From the human T2T-CHM13v2.0 reference genome, Homo sapiens: a stretch of 64,000 nucleotides of DNA. How positions within the stretch are numbered: position 1 is the stretch's first letter; every line of letters starts with the position of its first letter. The notes under the pieces are model-generated. The model did no database searches. It had not been told where the DNA came from and was given only the letters and a program-made list of their open reading frames with translations. The stretch spans positions 21,280,001-21,344,000 of the forward strand of contig CP086569.2 in assembly GCA_009914755.4 (NCBI GenBank). Reading direction: 5' to 3'. Of this stretch, positions 12,602 through 27,415 are shown in pieces. The position numbers were made by a program, and so were the translations under genes.

Positions 12602-12898
12602 GGCTGGGGATGGTGGCTCAGGTCTATAATCCAAGCAATTTTGGAGGCTAAGCAAAGTAGATCACTTATGGTGAGGAATTTGAGTGCAGCCCAGATAATG
12701 AAACCCTGTCTCTACTAAAAATAAAAAATTAGTTAGGTTTGGTTCTACCGGCCTGTAATCCTAGCTAGCAGGGAGGCTGAGGCACAAGAATTGTTAAATC
12801 CAGGAAACAGAGGCTTCAGTGAGCCACGATTGTGGCACTTTCCTCCTGCCTTGGTGACAGAGAAAGTCTTTATATTAATATTAATAATAATAATAATT
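12602..12898 (+). mobile_element. Alu (diverged), inserted in the L1
   Basis: 'ggctggggatggtggctcaggtctataatccaagcaattttggaggc...' ending in '...gacagagaaagtc' and an A/T-rich tail. Confidence 0.9.
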
Positions 12899-13392
12899 TG
12901 TGGAATCAGCAGTGAAGCCATCTGATCTCAGATATTTTTAGCTGAAAGTCTTTTTATTACAGCTTTGGCATATTTACTTGTTCTTGATTTTTTCAGGTTT
13001 GAATTTTTCATGGTTGAATATTGGCATGTTGTATGGTTCTAGAATTTTTTTTTAAGAATTCCCAATGTATTGGCATATAGTGACCTTAGTGGTCATTATC
13101 TTTTGAATTTCCGGCCCATCAGTTCTAATGTTTTCTTTTCATCTCTAATTTTTTAATTTGTGTTCTCTCTTTTAGTTTATCTTGAAAACTAAAAGGTTTA
13201 TCAATTGTATTTAGTTTTTCAATAAACCAACCTTTATTTCATTGATTTTTTCTTTTGTTTTCATAATAATTTCATTTATTTTTGTTTTCATCTTTATTAT
13301 TTATTTTCTCCTTTTAATTGTGGATTTGATTTGTTTTTGCCTTTCTAGTTCTTTAATATGTATCAATAAGTGTTTTTATATAAAAGTTAATC

Positions 13393-13610
13393 TTTTTTTT
13401 TTTTTTTTTTTGAGATGGAGTCTTGCTCTGTCACCAGGCTGGAGTTGCAGTGGCATGATCTTGGCTCACGGCAACCTCTGCCTCCCAAGTTCCAGCAATT
13501 CTCCTTCCTCAGCCCACCGAGTATCTGGGGCTATAGTGCAAGCCACCACGCCCAGCTAATTTTTGTATTTTTAGTAGAGATTGGGTTTCATCATATTGGC
13601 CAGGATTCTT
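13393..13610 (-). mobile_element. Alu, 5'-truncated, inserted in the L1
   Basis: Poly(T) followed by 'gagatggagtcttgctctgtcaccaggctggagtgcagtggc...', running to 'ggccaggat'. Confidence 0.9.
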
Positions 13611-16600
13611 TTTTTATGTAGGCACTTGTAACTATATACATCATTCATAACTGCTTTTACTGTATTCCATAAATTTTGGGATAAATTTGGAATGTGGTGT
13701 TTCCATTATTTGTTTCAGAATTTTTTTAAATTTTCTTTTGAAGGTCTTTTTTAATTCACTTGTCATTCAGGAACATATTCTATTTATCTTTATGTTGATC
13801 CTTAGTTTTATTTTATTGCGGTCAGAGAAGACCCTTGATACTGTTTCAATTTTTTGAATGTTTTCATACATTTTTTACCTACTATACATCTTTGAGAAAC
13901 AACCATGTTTTAAGGAAAAAAAATGTGTATTTTGCAGCCATTTGATGAATGTTTTATAAATATCTATTAAGTTTGTTTGATCTATAGTGCAGATTTCATC
14001 TAATATTTCTGTGTTGATTTTCTGTTTGACAAATCTGTCCAGTGCTGAAAGTATAGTGTTGAAGTCTTCAGCTATTACTGTATTGAGCCTATATTTCTTA
14101 TTAGCCTTAATAATATGTGCTTTCAGTGTGGGTGTTTACACACCTAAAATTATTATATCCTCCTGCTGAATTGACCTGTTTGTCATGATTCAGTGACCTT
14201 CTTCTTACAGTTTTTGTCTTGTAATGTGTCTAGCGTGATATAAGCATAAATACTTCTGCTTTTTTTTTTGGTTTCCATTGACAGAATATTTTTTCTATTT
14301 TTTAAATTTTCAGTCTATTTGAGCCTTATAAATAATGTATGTCTTTTTCAGGCAACAGATTATCGGGCCTTGTTTTCTTATGTATTCAACCACTGTATAT
14401 TTTTTGTGTGGAGAATTTATTCTATTTCTATTCAATGTTATTATTGATAATCAGAAACAGTTTACATTTTTCTATTTGCTATTTTATCAAATTTAGTTTT
14501 CCCTTCTCTTTTTAATAAAGGTAATATTTTCAGTTATATAATTTAATTGCTTTTTATTTTCTGTGTATCTGTTGTATGTTTTCTGATTTGACCTTGCCAT
14601 AAGATAGGAAGATACTACTTTACAACCAATTATTTTAAGCTGATAACAACCTTGTTTCAGCAGCAAACAAACAAATGAACAAGCAAGAATAAAACTAGTA
14701 AACATTTACAGCTTAACTTTGCACCCCTCATTTTTAACTTTTTTTTTGTTTCTATCTTTATCTTATGTTCTGAAAAATTGTAATAGTTGTCTGTCTGTGG
14801 ACGTAGAAGTCTATGGTGTTTACTTTCAGTTTTGTTGTCTAAGTTTGTCTTGTTTTTCTTGGCAAACATTTCACATACTTAAAATGTCTTGAGTGTTGTA
14901 ATCTAAGATGTATCTGCATCAGGGGACACTCAAAATCCAGTCATGTTTTGGTTCTAGCAGACTTATATTGGTACTATCTTAATAATTTGGGTCAAGGTCT
15001 AGAATTCTCTGAATTTTACTGCAGAAATTTTTGTCCTGTTTCTTACTTTTTCTTAAGAAACTCTCTGTTTTGAGCCACCTGGAGTGGAGTGACCCAAGAA
15101 CCCCTGCTGCCACCACAATGAGGAATGTGCTGGGTTAGAATTGAAGCCAGGACAGCACTGTGTTCAGCCCAGGGCCTACTGTAACCAAACCCTGACTACT
15201 GCCTTTGTTTGCTCTACATGCTGGGGCTCTATGATAATCAGGTGGAAAAGTCAGTTAAGCCTATGTTCTTCCATATGGGTGGCAAAATTCTCTGGGTCCA
15301 TGGTTGGTCCAGAGTTGTCATCTGGGAGCCAAGGACTAGAGTCAAATATTTTACATGTTGACCTCGGTCTTCTATTGCACTGTGCCTCAGCTGGCAAAGA
15401 AATTACAAGACACAGTCTTCCTACACTTTTCTCTCCTTTTCAAAGGCAGAGGAACCGCATTTCCTGGCCATTGTGAACTCAAGTCCAAAGGACATAGTGC
15501 CAATCAGCTGCTGATATTGCTTTAGGACCCAACAGTTATTTAGTCAGCTTGTGTTAAATTTTGCCTTTCTGGGGTCACTCTTCAGGGCAGTGGTTTCCCC
15601 ACTGTCCCAGTGCAGGTCCAGGTGTGTCATTTAAGATCCAAGGCCTTTAATTGGGCTCCCCAGTGGCCAACTTTGTGTTTTATTTTGCTGTGGAAGAGCT
15701 AACACCTATGGTGCAAGCTTACTCCCCTTTATCTTTCTCCATGTTTTTCTCCAGCAGAAAACGTCTTCTTCTATAGCCACCACAACTGGAAGTGAGTTGT
15801 TTCTCACCTGAAGCCAACAAATCTCAGATTCTTACCCAAAGTTTATGACATACTACCTTGTTACTGTTGTTTATTCAGGGTCCAAGCATTCTTCAGTTAG
15901 AAGACAATAAATGCTGTCAGGATTGTGTTTATTATTCTTCAAGGTAGCAGCTTCCCTTTTAGTCCAAAGTATTTCTAGACATATCATCTTGTAACTCAGT
16001 CCTGTATAGATGGCCTCACAAATCTGACTGCTGGCCTATTCTGTTGTGGCTAAGCTGGTATTCAAGATACAAAACGAAGTCTTCCTCCACTCTTCCCATT
16101 CTTTTATTCTAGTGGAAGAAAAGGATCTCTTTTGAGCTGTAAGCTTTGCAGGCTCAAGGTAGAGTAAGAGTGGAACGAGCACTCCCTTACCTGCCCCAGT
16201 TGATTTCTTAGTAGGTAATGTGCCATACCAGTTTACCGGCTTTGAGCCCAGTGAAGTTTTAGGTCTTGCATGAGTTGCAGGCATTGTGGCCTAGAGTGTC
16301 TTTCAAGTTTGTGTGTGATCCCTTAGCACTCCAGCCTAAAGTGGTGAGACTTGTAGAAACTCGAATTCCATCCACTGAGATGAACAATTTTTCTCTGGCT
16401 AGGACTTTTTAAAATACTTTCACAGTTTATGGGTATTACCTGAATTTTGTCTGATTTTGCTTTCTGCTGTAATGAGGTATGAATAGGTTCAAAGCAAAGT
16501 CTCACAATTGATCTATTCTCCACAGAATCTCCCTCCATGTCACAGCTGATGGATGAGTAACAAGTAACATTTGCAATTCACAAGTGGATCTTCTGCCTTT

Positions 16601-17489
16601 TCAGTGCCTCTTTCACTAACATGGAGACAAAAATAGAAACTATGAGTGCTCACTTAATTTTGTTTTTTATGAAGATGCTTTTTCTGTAGATAGTTGTTAA
16701 ATTGATATGCCTATTATGGTATTATAAGTGCAAACTTCTATTTGAACATCTTGATCTGTCCTTATTCTAAATCAACTTTCTTAAATGATTGTACGTTATT
16801 CTAAAATGTCTTTGCATTGTACATTATAAACGTTTGGACACATTTGGCATTCTGGTTGTACTGGCTCTGGATTTATGATTATAATAGTATTTTACTCTGT
16901 TAAACTCACTAAGCAAATATTGTATAAATAGAACATATAAAAAGTAAGCCCTTGATCTTTGCCATCTCAAGCATATATATTTAGCTGAAACATTACTGTT
17001 CTTTCACTGGAAAATTTACCTGCTTGAAAATATTCAAAATCAAATAACTAAAATCCAGAAATACAAATGCAGAGTCTAGCACCAAGAATATTCAAAAGAG
17101 TTTAAATCTCAAGAAACATAATGTTCTGGTATCATCCAAAATGTAAGCACCTCAAATAACCCAATTTTGGAAGATTACAAGATAATTTATGACTTGTTTC
17201 CATAGAGGTTCTCCTGAACAGAAACACTACTCTTGTCAAATAGATATCTCCAAGTAAAATTTCAAATTACATTTTTTTTATAGTTTAAAATATCCCACTT
17301 TAAGTCAAATAAATATCTGGAAAATTGTGTAATTTGATAATAAGCTGTCTTTCAGTTGAACTGGCTTCTTATTATTTTTGAGATAAAAGAATGAAGCAGG
17401 TGAACTCTCCTCCTCAATACAGGAATGATTGCACATTTAATGCCTCAGCATTTAATTAATTAATGTGTTAACTTATTAATTAATTAATT

Positions 17490-17766
17490 TTGAGATGGAG
17501 TCTCACTCTGTTGCACAGGCTGGCGTACAGTGGCATGATCTCAGCTCACTGCAACCTCCACCTGGGTTCAAGTAGTTCTCCTGCCTCAGGCTCCCCAGTA
17601 GCTAGGATTCCAAGCGCAGGTGCCCAGCTAATATTTTTGTATTTTTGGTGGAGATGGGGTTTCATCATGTTGGCCAGGCTTTTCTCTTAACTCCTGACCT
17701 TGTGATCTGCCTGCCTTGGCCTCCCAAAGTGCTGGGATTACAGGTGTGAGCCACCACGCCCGGCCC
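17490..17766 (-). mobile_element. Alu, full length; its tail region has become a (TTAA)n-like stretch
   Basis: 'gagatggagtctcactctgttgcacaggctgg...' to '...gtgagccaccacgcccggcc'. Confidence 0.9.
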
Positions 17767-18949
17767 TCACCATTTATTTTAATCAAGATGCTAGAATAAT
17801 GAAAACAGTTTTAACTTCAGTCAAAAGAAGTTTATCTTAAGTCACAAAGTTCACTAAAAGTTTCATTGCTTTATGCAGGATAATTCTCAGTAAATAGTGC
17901 TAATCAAGTCTAGCTTTCTAAAGCAGATGTTGGAAAACTTACAGTAAAAGAGCAGACAGTAAATAACAAAGACTGTACCATTTGGTGTCTGTTGTTTTTA
18001 TTCACCTCAGGCCTTGAAGTGAAAGTGGCTGAAGCTGCAGGTAACAGAAAAGGGGTGGCCAGTAAAGCCCTAGTCAGCAAGCCTTGTGCCTCTTCTCATT
18101 CCACACAGAAAAAGAGCCACACAGGGGGAGAGCATGGCAGGCAGTCCTGGCTCATTGCCCTTGCTAAATAGCTTCCTGCAGATGAGGCCCAGTCCCAGCA
18201 CTAATTTAAAATGGGTCTGCTTTTTCTACTGAGTAATACTGCCCCAGTAAAGGGTGCATCTGTGGACCCACCCCTATACACATCTGAGGTTCTGCTGCAG
18301 CCCCTGATAAGGACACTTGACAGGCTTTAGATGAGTTCAGGCAGAAGAACATGAATGTCTGAGGGATTTTAGCATATTTTCTAGTCACTGATTGTATCTT
18401 ATTCCTGAAGGGACAAGGGTCAGCTGAGCTTCTTGGGCAGGGGCCTTTGATGTGCTGTCCTGGCAGGGCTTTTCTTGCCTGTCAGATGCATGGGGTTTTA
18501 AGATGTTTAAAATAGCACAAATTCTTAAACCTCCAAACTTAGAAGCAGAACCTCCTCTTCTCTATGTTACCATTCTGCCCAAGTACTTATTTATTCATGT
18601 TTAAGATTTTAAATTTAGAAAACACTTTGACCACTTTTTAATTAAAACTTCCACGAATTTATTAAATTCTTATGTTGTCAGGTAGTACTTTTGAGGCATT
18701 CCTAAAAATATATTATAGTTTCAACTTTTTTTGTGACTGTCTGCATAATTCATTTGTGATTAAAAAAACCAGTATTGTAAATCTGCCAGGTATGGCTTTT
18801 AGAAGACTTTGACCTATTAGTAGCATTTTCTGACTCTCAAAATTTATTGTAGAAAAAGGGATCATGTAAGTCTATCTTGGAGTCAGATTAATAACTTTGT
18901 GTCATGAAGAATTTAGTATCAAAATTTACAAAAATTATGCAAACAAGTT

Positions 18950-19330
18950 GATATGTCCTATGTCTTGTTAATCTGGGTTGCTACAATGAATTTCATAGAC
19001 TGGGGAGTTTATAAACAACAGGAATTCATTTTGTGCGTTTATAGACCTGGTCCAAGATCATGGTTAGCATATTCTTTGTCTGGAAAGGGATAGCTTTCTG
19101 CTTAATAGATGGTTATCTTTTTCATAGTGTCCTTACATGACACTATGAATAAGAAAGCCCCCTGAGTTCTTTTTTATACAGGCATTAATCCAATTTATAA
19201 GGTCTCTTTCCTCATAACCTAGTTACTTCCCAAGCTTCGACTACAAGTACCATGATATAGCAAATTAGATTTTATCATATACATTTGATGGGAACAAAAA
19301 TATTTGGCTTATAGCATCAGGTAACCCTGA
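18950..19330 (+). mobile_element. MaLR-type solitary LTR (MLT1/MST-like)
   Basis: 'gggttgctacaatgaatttcatagactggggagtttataaacaacaggaattcatt' resembles the MaLR LTR consensus stretch '...ataccatagactgggtggcttaaacaacagaaatttatt'. Confidence 0.4.
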
Positions 19331-19724
19331 GCCATATGCACTTAGAAGAGTTGTATACTACTCTGTAAATATTTTCTGGTATCCTCTGGTTTAGAAAAAA
19401 ATGGTGATTTCTGATTTAGCTATATCTAAGTTCTAAATTCTACAGTCTCCTGCACAATTTGTTTAAGGGACAGAAGAAATGTTGTAGGCAAATTGCCATT
19501 CAGTTTTAAGACAGTTCTTAAGAAGGTATGTTATCTTAATAAGAATAGGAGGCAGGAAAATGACAAAGTGCAGAAATAGATAAATCATAATGAGAAATGG
19601 TAAAAGGAACTCAGAGACATGGAAGTAAACTAGAAGACAAAAGAGTAGCAGGTTTACTAAAAACATAAGACTCTCCTGTTGCTAAAATTAGCCACTTATT
19701 TACATTTGGCTAGATACAAATCTA

Positions 19725-19885
19725 ATAAGACAATTTTTTAGAGACAATGCCTTGCTTTGTCACCCAGACTGGAGGGCATCATTTGGGGCACACTATAGCC
19801 CCAAATTCCAGAGCTCAAGCAATTTACCCATTCTTGTCTTTTAAATAGCTGGAACTACAAACGTGTGCCATCATGCCCATCTAAT
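19725..19885 (-). mobile_element. old Alu fragment (first ~150 bp)
   Basis: 'gagacaatgccttgctttgtcacccagactggagggcat...gctggaactacaaacgtgtgccatcatgcccatctaattttc'. Confidence 0.6.
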
Positions 19886-20149
19886 TTTCTTTTTTTTACT
19901 TAAAATCAACTGATTATAGATGTTAAACCTGTCTACAGAATACCTTCATAGCAACACCAATGTTAATGTTTGATTAAATAACTGGGTACTATGGCTTAAT
20001 CACATTGACACTTAAAACTGACCATCACACCATAGTCAGCAATTACAAGGAGCAAACTATTGATATACATAACAAACTGGATGACTCTCCAGTGAATTTT
20101 GCTAAGCAAGAAAGCCATTTCTAAAAGGTTACATGTAAGTCATTTTACT

Positions 20150-20645
20150 ATAAAGACACATGCACACATATTTTATTGCAGTACTATTTAGAGTAGCAAA
20201 GACTTAGAACCAACCCAAATGTTCATCAGTGATAGACTGGGTAAAGAAACTGTGGCATATACGCACCATGCAATACTACGCAGCCATAAAACAGAATGAG
20301 TTCACGTCCTTTTCAGGGACATGGATGAGGCTGGAAACCATCTTTCTTAGCAAACTAACACAGGAACAGAAAACCAAACACTGAATGTTCTCACTCATAA
20401 GTGGGAGTCGAACAATGAGAAAACACAGACACAGGGAGTAGAACATCACACACCACGGCCTGTCAAGGGCTGAGAGGAAAGAGGAGGGAGAGCATTAGGA
20501 AAAATACCTAATGCATGTTGGGCTTAAAACCTAGATGACAGGTTGATAGGTATAGCAAACCACTGTGGCACATGTATACCTACGTAAAAAATCTACATGT
20601 TCTGTACATGTGCCTATCTAATTTTTATATTTCTTTTAAAAAAGA
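20150..20645 (+). mobile_element. L1PA 3'-end fragment (ORF2 C-terminus plus 3' UTR)
   Basis: Translates as YKDTCTRMFIAALFTIAKTWNQPKCPS...MEYYAAIKQNEFTSFSGTWMRLE. Also carries the L1 3' UTR stretch 'aatgcatgttgggcttaaaacctagatgacaggttg'. Confidence 0.8.
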
Positions 20646-20730
20646 TCTCCCTAGGTTGCCCAATCTTTCACATAATCTTTCACATAATCTTTCACATAAT
20701 CTCCCTAGGTTGCCTAATCTTTCACATAAA
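20646..20730. repeat. minisatellite-like tandem repeat with a ~12-13-bp unit (tctttcacataa)
   Basis: 'caatctttcacataatctttcacataatctttcacataatctccctaggttgcctaatctttcacataa'. Confidence 0.6.
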
Positions 20731-20993
20731 GTGATCCTCCTGCCTCAGTAAACCAAATGGGTAAATTACAGACTCTAGCCACTTCACTCAGACTAATTAA
20801 ACAATTTTTAATTCAGAATATTATTTTAAAGTTTCTGTTCTGTGTATCATCCAAAACATTCTGCTCATTGGACAGGATAAATATTTTTTAAGGGAATCTC
20901 TCCAATGAGCATTGTTCAAATCAAATGTTCCCAGAGTGGTCACAAAAGAATCAATTCTTGATGGAGTGAGGTTGTTCAGAAAGACAGTGACAA

Positions 20994-21292
<299 letters not shown>

Positions 21293-23014
21293 ATATAGTG
21301 ACAAGAATGAGAATTGCAATTTAAAAGTACAAATAGGAAATCAATAGCTTTTTCTGAAAGTAGAGAAAATATGGCTGTAGACAACTTCAAAGGAGATAGT
21401 ACCATTTAGTAAAAACAAATGCTATACATTTTGTGTCTTGAGCTCTCATCCAAGTAGTGGGTCACCTCTGAATAAAGACACAAAAATATCTGCCTCCAGG
21501 AGGTGTAAAGAAAAAAAGGCACTCTCTTGATCACAAAACAAATGCACAGAATTAGGGAAGAAGAAAGAAGAACTTATTCCAATTGTGCATTTTTCCCTCA
21601 GAAAATTGTGTCTAAATTGATGCCTGAGCAGTGAGAAATGTAGATTCACTAGTGTGTGAAGCTGGCTCAGAAAATAGCCAAATAGGACATATTACTATGC
21701 TTATATGTTTATTCTCTGATTCTTCTCCCTATGATAAAATTTTTGATGGCATAACTCTAAACAATTATATAAATATTCAAAAGTACCTGAGATACTCAAT
21801 GTAAAGACAAGATAGCTCAGATCTAAATGTGACTTATGACATTAGTACTTATCTGACAATCATGAGCAGAGGGTGGCTCAGTGAGTGCTGGTCAAATAAT
21901 GGAGTCTAAGGTGAAAGTAAACGCAGAGGTTACTTCAGTAATACCTCCAAAATAACAGTGGCACATAATGGAGACAAGACCACCCAAATAAAATTATGAA
22001 AAGGCAATATATTTCAGCTTTGTTCCAACAAGGAAATTAGCCACCTTCACTTTTGTTCAGTGAAAACTCAAAGGCAAGCACAGGGTTTAAAAGCCACTGT
22101 TTCTGCAATGTCAGCTGTCACAGTAGAGAAGGCGATTGAGGCATATTGATGGACACCTTGTGAAGATTATGGAATTGCCACATGGACTTTCCAATAGGCC
22201 AAGCTGAAGAAATGGGAGCAACAAAATAAATAAGAATAACATTAATTTATAACCAAGATAATAAAATAAATATTTATGAGGCCATACTGATATAAATTGA
22301 ATAAGAAAGAGGAAAACAAGAAGTGTTGTAGTCTCAACAGTGGACCAAGATGTAACAGTCTCTGGTTTTATGAAATTTTTTTTGACTCTAAACAACAAAA
22401 TGAGAATCAGCAATGTTCCAAGCAAAAGTAAAAAATACTGCTTTAGTTTTCTATTAGTTTACTTTCTTTTATTAACTATTGCTCTGCTTTACAATTATAA
22501 ACATTTTAGCTTTTCATGAGCTCTGTGTGATTTTCAGTTATCAAAAACATGCATTTCAGAACACCTTTTAAAATTTCAAAGTTGATTATAAACCATATTT
22601 TAAAGACAATTAAAACCAGACAACAATTGTCTTTAAATGACAAAATCTCCAGAGTGAATACAATCAGGAACACAATGAGCAAAGAAATTCAGTTGTTTTG
22701 GGGGTTTACAATAACCCAACAAAATAACCTGAACTGTGATTGATAGTACATATTCAGACATTAGAGCCTTAGATGTTCCATATGGTTTTAAAAAGTACAT
22801 TAATATAATTCACTAAACTATAGCATGAAGAAGATTAGACATCACTTCGGCAATCTCATAAACCTAAACATGTCAAATAATCCTGTTTACCCCTTTTCTG
22901 GATACTTCAGGGCCTCTATATAGTTCCGAAAAGCTGGGCAACAGGGAGGACAACATTGAAATTGAAATTTGATTTTGGAAGTCTGCCATACACCAGCTAA
23001 AATTGCTTATATTC

Positions 23015-23830
23015 ATAAAACAGGCAATAACAAATACTGGTGAGGATTCGAATAAAATGGTATCTTTGTACACTGTTGGTGGGAATGTAAATTGGTACAA
23101 GCATTATGAAAAAAAATTTGAACATTCCACAAAAAACTAATAATTGAGCTACCATATGATTCAGCTACCATGTATCTTACTGCTAAGCATATATCCCAGA
23201 AAAAAAGAAGTGAATATATCAAAGAAATGTCCGTGATTTTATGTTTGTTGCAGCACTGTTTGCAATAGCTAAGATTTAAAAACAACTTAAGTGTCCATTC
23301 TTCCAGAAGAATGTATGAAGAAAATGTGAAACATACACACAAAAGAGTACAATATAGACAATAAAAATAAAATCCAGTCATTTGCAACACCATAGATGGA
23401 AATAAAGTTATTATATTTTGTGAAATAAGCCAAGTACAGAGAGACAATGAACACATGTTCACACTTATTTAGGAACCTAAAAATAAAAACATATTTATAC
23501 ATAGCGGATGGTTGCCAGTGTCTTGGAAAGGTATTGGGAGGGAGGGGAAGAGGTGGGAATGATTAATGGTTGCAAAAACATTAGAAATAATTAAAAATAC
23601 TTAATACTTAATAGCATACCAGTGACCATAATAAAATAATTGTGCATTTTGAAATATCTTAAAGATATAATTATATTGTTTTCAACACAGTGGTTAAGTA
23701 CATGAGATTATGGATACCCAATTCCCGTATTTCACATTGCATGCCTATACCATGACATCTTATGTCACCCATAAATATATATACTTATTATATACCCAAA
23801 AAGTTAAAATTTAAAAAATATACTCATAAT
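23015..23830 (+). mobile_element. old L1M 3' end (ORF2 C-terminus plus long 3' UTR)
   Basis: '...ggtgaggattcgaataaaatggtatctttgtacactgttggtgggaatgtaaattggtacaag' and the L1M 3' UTR stretch 'ggatggttgccagtgtcttggaaaggtattgggaggg'. Confidence 0.75.
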
Positions 23831-24009
23831 AATGTTAAGCATAAAGAAAATAACACAAAAGTCAATTAGAGATGTTAATTATATCAAAAGCTAAACAAAT
23901 CTGAGGAAGTTTCAGCCAGAATAAGAAAAAAAAGGAGACCCACATAAATAAAATCAGAAATTAAAAACTGGATATAAAATGATACTACAGAAATTCAAAG
24001 GATCAGATG

Positions 24010-24092
24010 AGTAGGTTGCAAAAGTTTTCTCCCATTCTGTAGGTTGCCTGTTCACTCTGATGGTAGTTTCTTTTGCCATGCAGAAGCTCACA
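24010..24092 (-). mobile_element. inverted 5' segment of the adjacent L1 (5'-inversion / twin-priming junction)
   Basis: The reverse complement encodes [23 protein letters not shown]. This is the L1 ORF2 segment that immediately precedes the plus-strand part starting at 24092. Confidence 0.6.
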
Positions 24093-25020
24093 ACCTACTC
24101 ATCTGACAAAGGGCTAATATCCAGAATCTACAATGAACTCAAACAAATATACAAGAAAAAACAAACAACCCCATCAAAAAGTGGGTGAAGTATATGAACA
24201 GACACTTCTCAAAAGAAGACATTTATGCAGCCAAAAAACACATGAGAAAATGCTCATCTTCACTGGCCATCAGAGAAATGCAGATCAAAACCACAATGAG
24301 ATACCATCTCACACCAGTTAGAATGGCAATCATTAAAAAGTCAGGAAACAACAGGTGCTGGAGAGGATGTGGAGAAATAAAACACTTTTACACTGTTGGT
24401 GGGACTGTAAACTAGTTCAACCATTGTGGAAGTCAGTGTGGCGATTCCTCAGGGATCTAGAACTAGAAATACCATTTGACCCAGCCATCCCATTACTGGG
24501 TATATACCCAAAGGACTATAAATCATGCTGCTATAAAGACACATGCACACGTATGTTTATTGTGGCACTATTCACAATAGCAAAGACTTGGAACCAACTC
24601 AAATGTCCATCAATGATAGACAGGATTAAGAAAATGTGGCACATATACACCATGGAATACTATGCAGCCATAAAAAATGATGAGTTCATGTACTTTGCAG
24701 GAACATGGATGAAACTGGAAGCCATCATTCTCAGCAAACTATCACAAGGACAAAAAACTAAACACCGCATATTCTCACTCATAGGTGGGAATTGAACAAT
24801 GAGAACACTTGGACACAGGAAGGGGAGCATCACACACTGGGGACTGTTGTGGGGTTGGGGGAGTGGGGAGGGATAGCATTAGGAGATATACCTAATGCTA
24901 AACAATGAGTTAATGGGTGCAGCACACCAACATGGCACACGTATACATATGTAACAAACCTGCACGTTGTGCACATGTACCTTAAAACTTAAAGTATAAT
25001 AATAATAAAATTTAAAAAAA
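24092..25020 (+). mobile_element. L1PA 3' portion (ORF2 C-terminal ~930 bp, 3' UTR, A-rich tail)
   Basis: ORF 24355-24795 reads [57 protein letters not shown]... The element ends '...cttaaagtataataataataaaatttaaaaaaa'. Confidence 0.85.
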
Positions 25021-25179
25021 GAAATTCAAAGGATTACTACTTATGCAAAGAAATTGGAAAATTTAAGTTGTCACTATCCTAGGCAAATATAACCTACCAA
25101 AATTAAGCCTGGAATAAAGGCAAAACATAAACTGCCCAATAAGAATTAATGAGATCAAAGTTATAATATAAAGTATTTT

Positions 25180-25180
<1 letters not shown>
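25020..25180 (+). mobile_element. L1 ORF2 N-terminal fragment
   Basis: Translates as EIQRI..AKKLENL....P.KIKPG, resembling L1 ORF2 '[40 protein letters not shown]'. Confidence 0.45.
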
Positions 25181-25935
<755 letters not shown>

Positions 25936-26009
25936 TTTTAGCTGACTAAAAACTACTTAATAGCGTATCAGCACTACTTAATAGCATACCAGTGACTATA
26001 ATAACATAA

Positions 26010-27415
26010 TTGTGCATAATTGTAGCCTTCTACAGTAACCAAAATAGCATGGTACTGGTACCAAACAGAGATATAGACCAACTGAACAGACCTGAGCCCT
26101 CAGAAATAATACCACACATCTACAACCATCTGATCTTTGACAAACCTGAAAGAAACAAAAAATGGGGAAAGGATTCCCTATTTAATAAATGGTGCTGGGA
26201 AAACTGGCTAGCCATATGTAGAGAGCTGAAACTGGATCTCTTCTTTATACCTTATACAAAAATTAATTCAAGATGGATTAAAGACTTGCATGTTAGACCT
26301 AAAGCCATAAAAACCCTAGAAGAAAACCTAGTCAATACCATTCAGGACATAGGCATGGGAAAGGGCTTCATGACTAAAAGACCAAAAGCAATGGCAACAA
26401 AAGCCAAAATTGACAAATGGGATCTAATTAAACTAAAGAGCTTCTGCACAGCAAAAGAAACTACCATCAGAGTGAACAGGCAGCCTACAGAATGGAAGAA
26501 AATTTTGCAATCTACTCTTCTGACAAAGGGCTAATATCCAGAATCTACAAAGAACTCAAACGAATTTACAAGAAAAAAACAAACAACCCCATCAAAAAGT
26601 GGGCAAAGGATATGAACAGACACTCATCAAAAGAAGACATTTATGCAGCCAACAGACACATGAAAAAATGCTCATCTTCACTGGCCATCAGAGAAATGCA
26701 GATCAAAACCACAATGAGATACCATCTCACACCAGTTAGAATGGCAATCATTAAAAAGTCAGGAAACAACAGCTGCTGGAGAGGATGTGGAGAAATAGGA
26801 ACACTTTTACACTGTTGGTGGGACTGTAAACTAGTTCAACCATTGCGGAAGAAGGTGTGGTGATTCCTCAGGGATCTAGAACTAGAAATAACATTTGACC
26901 CTGCCATTCCATTACTGGGTATATACCCAAAGGATTATAAAACATGCTGCTATGAAGACACATGCACATGTACATTTATTGCTGCACTATTCACAATAGC
27001 AAAGACTTGGAACCAACTCAAATGTCCATCAATGATAGACTGGATTAAGAAAATGTGGCACATATACACCATGGAATACTATGCAGCCATAAAAAAGGAT
27101 GTGTTCGTGTCCTTTGTAGGGACATGGATGAAACTGGAAACCATCATTCTCAGCAAACTGTTGCAAGGATAAAAAACCAAACACCACACATTCTCACTCA
27201 TAGGTAGGAACTGAACAAGGAGAACACTTGGACACAGGAAGGGGTACATCACACACGGGTGCCTATTGTGAGGTGGAGGATGGGGAGCGGGGTAGCATTA
27301 GGAGATATACCTAATGTAAATGATGAGGTAATGGGTGCAGCACACCAACATGGCACATATGTAACAAACCCGCACTTTGTGCACATGTACCCTAGAACTT
27401 AAATTATAAAAAAAA
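26010..27415 (+). mobile_element. L1PA 3' portion (~1.4 kb of the ORF2 C-terminus to the 3' end)
   Basis: ORFs 26010-26534 and 26492-26863 match the L1 ORF2 C-terminal third. The element ends '...ccctagaacttaaattataaaaaaaaaa'. Confidence 0.85.

Larger units (their letters stand above)
10080..15060 (-). mobile_element. old L1 (L1PB/L1MA-like), ORF2 to 3' end, ~5 kb, broken by two Alus
   Basis: The reverse complement matches L1 ORF2, including the RT and C-terminal regions, and a long AT-rich 3' UTR. The track shows only short ORFs, so the coding sequence is degraded. Confidence 0.8.
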
